Under the pieces are notes generated by a model. It searched no databases, was not told the DNA's origin, and saw nothing but the letters and a program-made list of their open reading frames with translations. Below, in pieces: positions 11,144 to 21,064 of a DNA stretch of 64,000 nucleotides (positions are counted from its first letter, which is position 1; each line of letters begins with the position of its first letter). The position numbers and the translations under genes are program-made. This DNA comes from Yuukianura sp. NJ FZ-2021 (lineage: Eukaryota): NCBI GenBank assembly GCA_046563655.1, contig CM102283.1, forward strand, positions 6,820,001 to 6,884,000. Reading direction: 5' to 3'.

Positions 11144-13347
11144 ATGATTAGTCTACTTATAGCGATTTTTATTCTTTCCGTTTGCTTCATTTACTTGCGT
11201 GTAAGAAGAGATCCAGATGGACCTCCAGGTAATTGCAAAATTTTATTAGTTTTGACCTACACAAGGTCAAGGCCAAATTGAAAATTTAATTTTTAATTTT
11301 TGAAATTTAGGACCGCCACGGCTACCGATTTTGGGAAACTTACACCAAATGGCACAAGCGCATCCATTCGGCTACAGAGCTTTTCATGAGCTTTCTAAAA
11401 AGTACGGTGACATCATGAGCGTCAAAGTTGGATTTCAGGAAATGGGTAAGCCGAACTTAATTTCTTTTGACATAGTGCATATCGCTTCAAAAAACTTAAC
11501 GTTTGTTCTGTTTTGTACATACGCAGTCGTCCTGTCCTCCTTTGATGTCATGAGGGATCTACTTGCCAAGGAAGAAATGAGCGGCAGACTGTGGAACGGA
11601 TTCTTGGTGGACAGGTCCATGGGCCAGGAAATGGGTAACATGAAATTATTTTGAACTTTTTGAAAAAATGAAATGATTTATGTAATTTATGACTTTTGTA
11701 GGTGTGGCTTTCGCCAGTGGCAAAAAGCAAGAGCAGCTCAAGATTTTTGTGATCAAGGCCCTGAGTGAATTCGGATTTGGGAAACAGTCGTTCATGGAGT
11801 CCACGGTTTTATCTGAACTGGAGTCTGTTAAAGCTCGATTCCGAAGTTTGAGTCAGAAGAATGGCGGCGTGGTGTACATGAAGCGCCACTTTCAACTCAG
11901 TTTGCTCAATGTTCTCTGGGGCATGATGGCTGGAATTCGGTATGACTATGACGATCCCAAGCTAGCCATAATCATCGACACAAGTTCAGCGTGGTTTGAA
12001 ACTGGAAACTTTGGAGCTGGAATTGTCACTGCATATCCGTTTCTAAGATTCATTTTCAAGGACTGGACTGGCTACTACGTTCAGGAAAAAGGAAACAAAG
12101 TTGTCCACACTTTTCTCAGGGTATTAAGTTTAAACAAGATTTTGAACAAAATGAACTTTCACACTTTGCTTTTTAGAGATAAAAATGAAATCCGATTTCG
12201 ATTTTAACATTTTTATTTTTTGAAAATTAGGAGCTCGTAGATGAACATCGGAAGCAGGAGAGCTACAAATTGGAGCCACAGTGCTTCATCGATGCTTTCC
12301 TGAAAGAAATTGACAAGAACAAAGGAAATCAAAACACGCCTTTTACTGGTACTTATAAAAAAAAATATGAACTTTTTTTCTTAACAGAAAGCTTATGCAT
12401 GAAATGTTTTATGATTTTTCATTTGTTTTATGATTTCAGATGAAGAATTCATGATTACGTGCTACGACATGTTCCAAGCTGGATTTGAAACTACGAGCAA
12501 CACAATGGCCTTTGCAGTGTTGCTCATGCTCAGAAATCCTGAAGCTCAAAAGAAAGTTCAGGCTGAACTTGACGAAGTTTTTCCAGCAGGACAATCGCCT
12601 CTTCTGGAAGATAAGGACAAGTAAGCACAATTGATCAGCCAGCATTTGAAAAGTATTCCATTAGTAAAAGTATTTCCAGTTAGTATATTTTTTCTGCATG
12701 TTGTTTTGTAAATGTTGTTTTAGATTATCGTACACTCGGGCAACTGTCCTCGAAGTTTTTCGCATGAGCAATATTCTTCCAATCTCCGGTCCAAGAAAAA
12801 TTATGGAGGACTTCACATACAGAGGCTACAAATTCAAAAAAGTTAGAATCTCATGGAAAATTTTACATTAGCAAAACGTTTTTCTCAATGTTTTAAATTA
12901 ATTAACCTTGAAATGAATTGCCATAGGGTACTGCCGTGAGCTTCAACACTTACAGTGCTATGCGTGACGTAAAAATTTGGGGTGATCCGGACAACTTCCG
13001 TCCAGAACGATTCCTTACTGATGATGGCAAGGGCCTCAACGGTCTTGAGAAATACATCTACATTGTCTTTGGGCACGGTAAGGTTTCAAAATTCAGAAAA
13101 ATTAAGCTTGAGGTTCTTGATTACTTGCTTATTTAGCTAACAATGTTACAATCTGTTGACATTAGGGCGGCGAAGATGTATGGGAGAGACACTGGCACAA
13201 ACTACTGTCTGGATGTACTTTACAACCCTATTACACAACTTCTCCTTTGAGCAAGTTCCTGGAGAACCTTTGCCAACAATGGATCCAATTTTCAGCATTA
13301 TTCTTTCCCCTACACCCTATAACGTTCTTGTCAAATGTAGAAAATAG
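11144..13347 (+). CDS. Cytochrome P450, CYP2 clan (CYP15/303/305-like)
   Basis: Nine exons (11144-11228, 11311-11445, 11527-11634, 11702-12120, 12231-12348, 12440-12620, 12724-12841, 12927-13057, 13166-13347). Has an N-terminal anchor, PPGPPRLPILGNL, I-helix AGFETT, ExxR (EVFR), PERF and heme motif FGHGRRRCMGE. Confidence 0.93.
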
Positions 13348-13692
13348 AGATTAATCAATTAGCTAATCAACGCAATTAATTAAATTCTTTGAAAAAATCG
13401 TACTGTCAACCTCCTTGGTCCTTTACGAAAACTTTTTACTCTAATACGTTGTTATTCTATAAAAGTCAGCACATTGAAGTTGTGCAGAGGAGAGAATGTT
13501 ACAGGAAACAGGAATGAAGTCGACATCGGCTAAAATATTGTTTTTTTCTGGACGTACTGGATAACTGGAATCATAAATTGGAATGCACTATAAAGCGAGT
13601 ATTTGAATGCTTTTGTCTAAAATTAAAAAGCTGGAAGAAGAAGATTCGTTCATGAATGTTTGAGTGAAGAGATGTTGATGCTATGATTAATC

Positions 13693-14562
13693 CTAAAGCT
13701 CTACTGCTGTACGTGAAGACGTTGGTCTAGTTTTCAAACTCATGAACTGCATTCCAATGGCCGCTGAACTGAGGAAAAAGAACTTCTTGTGGTACATTTG
13801 TCTCGTTTCAAATCCTTTTCGATCCAGGAGGTCACGAGCCCTTGAGTGACATTCAGTAATGACAAGTTCAATGGCAACAAAACTTCTGGAATTGCAGAAT
13901 TTGATCACAGTGTCCATTAATTTAGAACCAACGCCTTGATCTTGCCACTCTTTCTTCACGGCTAAACGTCGTACCCAAGCAATCACAGCCGAGTTCTTGT
14001 CACGGGTAACCCCAACAGTACCGATGATTTCTCGTTGTTTAACTGCACCGTAAGTGTTGTTCCAGTCCATTTGTTCAAATTCGGCAAAGCTAACGAAGGC
14101 GATTTGCTTGGGTGCTCCGATTTCAGGTTTCGTTGGAATTGGTCCGTAGGCTTCGGCAACAAAGAAACAAGTTTTGTTGCTAGAAAGATATGTGGATAAA
14201 ATGTCTTTGATGTCGGCAATGTGATGGCGAGCTCTGTAGTAATGGCTGCCAAAAATCACAGCGTAGAATACGACGGTTATTAGAGGAATGGCTGTCAAGG
14301 TCCAGTAAAGTGGGACTCCGAGAAAGATGAACATTATAGCCGCAGTAGAAACGATCGCTTGGAAATATATTTCTCGCATCAAAGCTCGGACAAAGAAGGT
14401 CCCAACCGTTGACATTGTATTCCGGTACAGTATGTCCTGAACGGCTTCGTTGTCTTGTGGTCGAAATGGTCGTATCACGACGAGTGTAGGAGCGGAGTAC
14501 ATTTTGATTAGCTGCTCGAAAAATCTCCGGTTTGCCTCGTTACGTCTAAAACATTGGGTCAT
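13693..14562 (-). CDS. GNAT N-acetyltransferase, NAT8/camello-like (start may be the ATG at 14502)
   Basis: Intronless ORF with VVIRPF.PQD..AV, an internal hydrophobic segment, CFFVAE, IIGTVGV, the acetyl-CoA motif RRLAVKKEWQDQGVGSKL, and ARDLL.RKGF. Confidence 0.85.
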   Translation of the reverse strand: MTQCFRRNEANRRFFEQLIKMYSAPTLVVIRPFRPQDNEAVQDILYRNTMSTVGTFFVRALMREIYFQAIVSTAAIMFIFLGVPLYWTLTAIPLITVVFYAVIFGSHYYRARHHIADIKDILSTYLSSNKTCFFVAEAYGPIPTKPEIGAPKQIAFVSFAEFEQMDWNNTYGAVKQREIIGTVGVTRDKNSAVIAWVRRLAVKKEWQDQGVGSKLMDTVIKFCNSRSFVAIELVITECHSRARDLLDRKGFETRQMYHKKFFFLSSAAIGMQFMSLKTRPTSSRTAVEL

Positions 14563-14833
14563 TATCAGTTTTCCTTCCAGGGACACTTCTTTAGCTTTTT
14601 TCGTTAATATTTTTCTTACTGTTACCTTTGACCAACACCCGCGGCGACCGGGACTAATGCGACCTTTATGTACTTGTCCAGTCCACCTTCTCTCAGAGTT
14701 TGGGTCCGGTAAATTAGTATCTAATTGGTATCCTTGCTGTCAGCCAGCACGGTGACGAAGAAGGTATCGGTTAAGAATTACCTAACTTACCTACCCGAAT
14801 TGTGCTATTAAAATCTTAAGCAGGCACTAATAA

Positions 14834-15512
14834 ATTGAATTCAACTCTAATTCTCAAATTTTTATTCGCGATTGTTTTGACACAGTTGCATGGGGTTTGG
14901 CGCTTGAGATAAGAGTCTCATGTTCCAAGTTTCAGGCTCTCGACAAACAACAAACACAAAAAGAGGAACCTGTTGCACTTTAATCTTCTAATCCAGTCGA
15001 AATTGTTATTTTTGAAGGTAAGATTTCATTCTTGTCTTTCTTTTGTTTACCATTTGGTTAGTTAATGTAATCCACTTCCCTATTTATGGTTTTACAGTTA
15101 TCGGTCTGGTGCTCGTCAGTTAAAAAAACACGGAGTTCGGGTTTGGAGTAAAATGTGGAGGAGTCTCAACATCTGATTGCCGGGGTCACCATCACCACCG
15201 ATCTGCCCAGAACTCTGTCTCCTTCCGAAAATTCCGAGTTGGAATACCGATTTTGTGCCTTACAATTAGATGATGCTGCTTCTAGGAGGGAATACATGGA
15301 ACTTAGCGTTTTCAGTAATACTCATCACATCGTTGATTCGTCTCTATGAAGAGGCCGGTGCGACCGACTATGATACTGGAAATGACAATTGCAGACGAAG
15401 GATCTCCAACGGGACACAAACCGGCTACGAATTAGCGAACAGCTATAGGACTTGTTTCGGTGTCAACCTAACGTATAACTCGAGTACATCCGAACTGGTG
15501 GATCCCAGCAAA
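14834..15512 (+). repeat. Direct duplicate (copy 1) of the smoothened 5' region, 679 bp
   Basis: Aligns base for base with 20386-21064 (offset 5552). The few substitutions seen are all in the non-coding part. Confidence 0.97.
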
Positions 15513-15560
15513 ATAATTACAATGAACCTTATAATGAAATTACTTTGTGGTTTTGAATGA
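15270..15560 (+). pseudogene. Truncated smoothened duplicate (signal peptide plus start of the CRD, 96-aa ORF)
   Basis: First 81 codons are identical to smo exon 1. Identity stops 18 nt before the smo splice donor, and the ORF reads on into unrelated sequence to a TGA. Confidence 0.8.
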
Positions 15561-15566
15561 TTTCAG

Positions 15567-16244
15567 TTTTGCTTGGCCTTCGTTTTCCTTGCGTTGACGT
15601 CAATATTTGCGTACATCAGTACGGACTGTGCCAATTCTGCCTACGTCGAAGTGAGTGGAAACGTCTCATAAATCGTACCTCCTACCTCTGTTTTATTTTT
15701 AGAAGCGTTCTCTCGGGAAAAAAAAATCATTTTCTTTTTCGTTTTCAATTGTTTTTGAATTGACAGGGAATGGCTGGATTTCAAGTACTTCGAAGGAACT
15801 GCCATCTCGAAAGTTGTGATACGACACAAGAGCGGAACTTTGTAAGAATTTTAGTAATCAATCACCAACTTCAATTTCAGCCTAAACTCTGAACTTTCCG
15901 TGGAATTGGAATTTTGAACTCCTTTTAATGATATTTTCCAGATCCATTCGCTGATTGTGAGCTACGCGCCGAATAATCCAATCCAAATTTCAGCCAATGG
16001 TTACTCTGCGGTCAATCGAAGTTTGATTTCGGTCGTAAGTTTAAACCGAACATTTTTTGTCCCATTATTGTACGAATTGAAGCCTATGATTATGATTAGT
16101 AATTAACTGAGTTCCTATTTGTAGGTGATGGTGAATGTGATGGGCTATCTGGTTGCTGCCTACACGTTGAAGCTTGACACGACTCAGTTCTGGACGTATT
16201 ATCGATATGCCAACTTGTATCACAACTCTACCTGTGCCACATGA
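15567..16244 (+). pseudogene. 3' remnant (last four exons) of a gustatory receptor / 7TM chemoreceptor gene
   Basis: Phase-0 exons 15567-15650, 15767-15841, 15942-16034 and 16125-16244 are open and read FCLAFVFLALTSIFAYISTDCANSAYVE/GMAGF...ERNF/IHSLIVSYAPNNPIQISANGYSAVNRSLISV/VMVNVMGYLVAAYTLK... C-terminal phase-0 introns and the I.A.G...VNRSL..TM7 motif are GR-superfamily hallmarks. No 5' exons are visible. Confidence 0.75.
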
Positions 16245-18805
16245 ATTTAGACCAAAATGAAAAAACAGTAAGATTTATTTGTCTTCTCTTATAATTCCAC
16301 AATTTGGTTCTCCTTGTTTCGTCGTTCGCAGGTTGTGTTCAAGGGGTTTGAAGTTTTAAAAATAGGGAGGAGTGCCTCCAATTGATTGTTGAGATGGTCA
16401 TACCCTCCCACAAAACTTGCCCGCCTATAACCTTGTCATAATCGTCTCATGTTGGACTTGGGGAACTGGACGGAGTGGCCTTGAATTGTACATACTTGTT
16501 GTGTTGACTGTTGATGGATTGTTGAGTTGGTTTGTGCATGAGATAAATGATAAATGCAGCATGGATATGGGGTCCTTCCGTATCCCTTTACCACCACCCA
16601 CTATCCCAACACAATTCTCAGCCACCGCCACCATGTCATTTTCTAAGAAAGCGGCGTGGTGTTTGGATGAACTGTTACGTCCAATCTGAAACTAGTGCCA
16701 ATTAATTTAGTTTCATCGTTTCGTGCACGAGCAAGAACATGAATTCTTCACCAAACTTAATTGAAGCTTGTTTAATCAAGCCGGAAGTACTCAACGGAGT
16801 CTTAAACCCTCATGGGTTAACACAACAGGATGGCTTTGTCTTGTTTCAACGATCTCTCATGGATCCACCCCGGCAGACAACCGTGTCTCTGTACAAGTCC
16901 AGGGTCAACTCGAGCGGAACGGGTATTCAGTCACACAAAATTAACCCATAACACAACAATTGTTCCTCGTTGAACCTTAAGGGAGTTTGCGTTATACATA
17001 CATAAATTATAGAACTTATAGAAAGTATGGAATTTATCACTTTTCAAGCTTTTCGGATTTACCAAATTTATAAACAGAATATAAGCTGTATGTAAATGAG
17101 AAAAGTATGGAAAGTGATGTCACAGATTTGAAATCCACCAATCACGGGTTGCTGGGGTAGAAATAAGGGGCGGGAGTTACTAAATTCTTTTAATGATTCG
17201 CAACGCAAAGTCCCTATTACTTTCCTCTTTTTTTTCACCAATGTGTTTCTTGTGTAGAAATGGAGATAAAGGAAATGCTTTTCCGGAGCGTACTTTCACT
17301 TCGCGACGGTGAAGGAACAAGATTGACGCTGAGCAAGAACGTTACAACGCAAGAAGATGAGCTTATCCTGATTCAGTACGGTGTAGATCTTACCTCAGGA
17401 AATAGTTTAGAGGTCGTGCTCAACAAGTTCAGCATCAATTTTGGCAACAGAGCAGGTAAAACTGGAATTCGTTCATGATTTACAACACAATGTGAGTTGT
17501 TCCGGTTTTAACGATTACCAAAAAACTGTTTGATAGCATTGACGAGAGTGCTGAAGGACTTGACAGATTGGGCTGTAATGGGCTACCTGCCTCCGGTTGT
17601 AGTAAGTTGGAATTTGCTTGGTTTGGTTGCAGTCACCTGGAATTGCATCCGTTGTAACCACCAACAAAATGGTGCTGAATTATTTAGTATTTCAATGGGG
17701 GTAAACTCGTTTCAGTTGCCAGCCTTCTTTCGCGAGGTGAGATGCATTTGAGGCGCTTTGGTGCGGTGATGGGGTAGCATTTCCTGTACCTTTTTTTTCT
17801 AACTTTTTGATCCAGAACTAACCTTGAATACTTCGATCTTAAGTTATGCTAATGAAGCTAGCTTTTGTAGATAGGTAAATGCCGTTGGGTAGCCATAGGT
17901 CCGGAGGTATACGTAGACTCCCTGCTACGCCAAACCGTTTCTTTTATTACAAAACCAAATTGTTATTTTCTTTAATTTCTTTTTTTTCGTTTCAACAGAG
18001 CCACAACCGTTTATAGATTTAGTTTCTTCGTATCAGAATCCCGAATTTTCTTTAGTTATAATATTTCTGGTTTTATGAAGGTTTTAAAAAAAGTGACCTG
18101 CTTCGTTTTAAAAAGAGTTCATTTTTATAATATTAGTTCGTTTTGAAATTCTACCAACTGAAACCTCGATTCTCTTCTGCCCAACTCCACTTACTCTATT
18201 TCAAAGGTTATGTCTATGTGTTAAATTGTTGGTTTTGAAATCGCTGTCCGTATCTGTCGATCGTTTTACGGTGAAGATGTGTTTTAACGATCCTCATTGT
18301 ACTCGCACAGTATAGCCACCCGGGCCCTCTTGTGTGTGGCATGTGGTTACAATAGGGGACTACACGTAGCCACTCAAACTTAAAAAAGCGGGAACATAAG
18401 TAGCCGCTGAGCATGGCCACCCATTGTAATCACAAAGTGGCTACACCGTGCGGCAACAATAGTGACGGTGAAACCTTAACCCAACCCATTTTATTTAGCA
18501 ATCATCCCCTCCCCAGCTCTCTCCTCTTTTTAAGTTCTTTTAGCTACCTAATCTTAAAAACTTTCTGCAATCTGCATATGAATCTACTGAATGTCAAAGG
18601 TCAGCTGGCCACTTTGCTGCTTTTTGATCTTCTGTGGTTACTTGAGAGCAGCACTTTTGCATTTCTTATTTCGCACAATCTCTCTCCACGGAATCGGGGT
18701 TCCGAAAGACGAGACGATTACTAATTAATTTAAGTGACTTTGAGGTTTACTTAATTACTTGTTAAGGAGTCCCAACCAAGTTTTTCGCTCACTTTTCTGG
18801 GGAAC

Positions 18806-19993
18806 ATGAATTCGTCGAAGCAAATCTTGATCTACGGGGGGAAGGGCGCGTTGGGATCTGCTCTCGTCACGTACTTCAAGGCGAAGGAATTCCTTACCAT
18901 CAGTGTGGACTTCGCTAAGAACGATGACGCTGATCACAATGTCATTCTTCAACCACACCTAGCACTAGAGGATCAGGTAAGCAACATTTAATTAAATTAA
19001 TTATAGCTGTTAAATTAACTTAAATTAGTCGTAGATACTCTAGCAAGATTGTAGGGGCTACTGGAGATAATCTTCGATAACGATTTGGGGGTGGATGGAT
19101 GGGGAACTAGAGTATCGTCGTTGACATAATATCGGGTTTCACCGTACAGTTTCAGTGTTTTTTTTGTCATTTCAGGCGACGTTGGTGAGTAGCAGCATTC
19201 CAGTGGGGACGTCTTTGGATATAATTGTTTGTGTCGCTGGAGGCTGGGCAGGTGATCTTACGTTTCCTCAAATCAACTAATGAATCAGCCTACCCTATCA
19301 GTTAATTAATATAACACAACACTTTCTGTTGTACTGATTACTGAAAGGTGGCAACGTTGGATCAGCTGATTTCGTGAAGAATTGCGACTTGATGCTTCAA
19401 CAAAGCGTTTGGACTTCATACATTGCTTCCAGCTTGGCTCCGACTCTACTCAAGGAGCACGGAGTATTGGTCCTCACTGGAGCTCAACTGGCTCTCAAAC
19501 CAACTCCAGGAATGATCGGTTATGGAGCGGCCAAAGTAATCCACCAAATAACTCATCAACATTACTTACACATTATCGTCTGATTAAGTAATTGGTTAAC
19601 TGAATTAAGTAATTGATTGATTAATTGAATTCTATAGGCAGCTGTTCATCAATTGGTCAAGTCACTGGGATGTCCAGCAGGAGGGTTGCCAACTGGAGCC
19701 ACTGCTTATGGAATTCTGCCGGTCACTTTGGATACTCCGATGAACCGAAAGTGGATGAAACAGGATGGGACTTGGACTCCGTTGGAACATGTCGCTGAGT
19801 AAGTTCAATTGGCTTACTAAATTTACAACTAAATTTACTTATCTACTAATTAGTTGTTTAAAAGTAGTAACTTGGACTCTAATGTTTTAGAATTGTGGAT
19901 GGCTGGTTGAACAAGGCAGAGTTGCATCCGAATGGAAGCTTGATTCAACTAATCACGAAAGACGGAAAAACGACTCAAGTCGTCGCTGAATAG
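18806..19993 (+). CDS. QDPR: Dihydropteridine reductase
   Basis: Five exons (~18806-18976, 19176-19251, 19348-19535, 19639-19798, 19891-19993). Protein has [44 protein letters not shown] and [14 protein letters not shown]. Confidence 0.96.
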
Positions 19994-20385
19994 AAAACGA
20001 ATCAAAAACGAATCTACAAAATCCAATAATGGCCAAACGACCCGTGGGACCAATTTAGTCAACTTTAGACTTGAATTCTTGAAATTAAATAATTAAGTGA
20101 GAGCTTAATTAATTAACTAATTAATTTGTGGGGCGAGTGGTGGTGCTAAAGTATAGAAGTCCTCGCTAATTGGACAGTACTTACCTGGCCTGCTTTGCTA
20201 CTTATTTCTAAATGATTCTAAAATATAATCATTTCTGCTTAGGTTATAAGTTGCGTATACTTTGTGTCATTTAAGCCAAGAAAAATATGTTAATCAAATT
20301 CAATAAACTAAAACTTGTATGCAACTATCGACCGGTTTTGGATCTTTGGTAAGTTTTTCACTATTGAACTTTGAATTTTTCAATT

Positions 20386-21064
20386 ATTGAATTAAACTCT
20401 AATTCTCAAATTTTTATTCGCGATTGTTTTGACACAGTTGCATGGGGTTTGGCGCTTGAGATAAGAGTCTCATGTTCCAAGTTTCAGGCTCTCGACAAAC
20501 AACAAACACAGAAAGAGGAACCTGTTGCACTTTAATCTTCTAATCCAGTCGAAATTGTTATTTTTGAAGGTAAGATTTCATTCTTGTCTTTCTTTTGTTT
20601 ACCATTTGGTTAGTTAATGTAATCCACTTCCCTATTTATGGTTTTACAGTTATCGGTCTGGTGCTCGTGAGTTGGTCAAACACGGAGTTCGGGTTTGGAG
20701 TAAAATGTGGAGGAGTCTCAACATCTGATTGCCGGGGTCACCATCACCACCGATCTGCCCAGAACTCTGTCTCCTTCCGAAAATTCCGAGTTGGAATACC
20801 GATTTTGTGCCTTACAATTAGATGATGCTGCTTCTAGGAGGGAATACATGGAACTTAGCGTTTTCAGTAATACTCATCACATCGTTGATTCGTCTCTATG
20901 AAGAGGCCGGTGCGACCGACTATGATACTGGAAATGACAATTGCAGACGAAGGATCTCCAACGGGACACAAACCGGCTACGAATTAGCGAACAGCTATAG
21001 GACTTGTTTCGGTGTCAACCTAACGTATAACTCGAGTACATCCGAACTGGTGGATCCCAGCAAA
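20386..21064 (+). repeat. Direct duplicate (copy 2), part of the intact smo gene
   Basis: Near-identical to 14834-15512. Confidence 0.97.

Noticed and set aside
16260-16960. Short ORFs on both strands downstream of the GR remnant
   Set aside because: No coherent spliced model or family motif found; left unassigned.
18300-18450. Recurrent TAGCCAC/GTGGCTA motifs ending in CCGTG, possible transposon end
   Set aside because: No matching opposite end or TSD found in the window.
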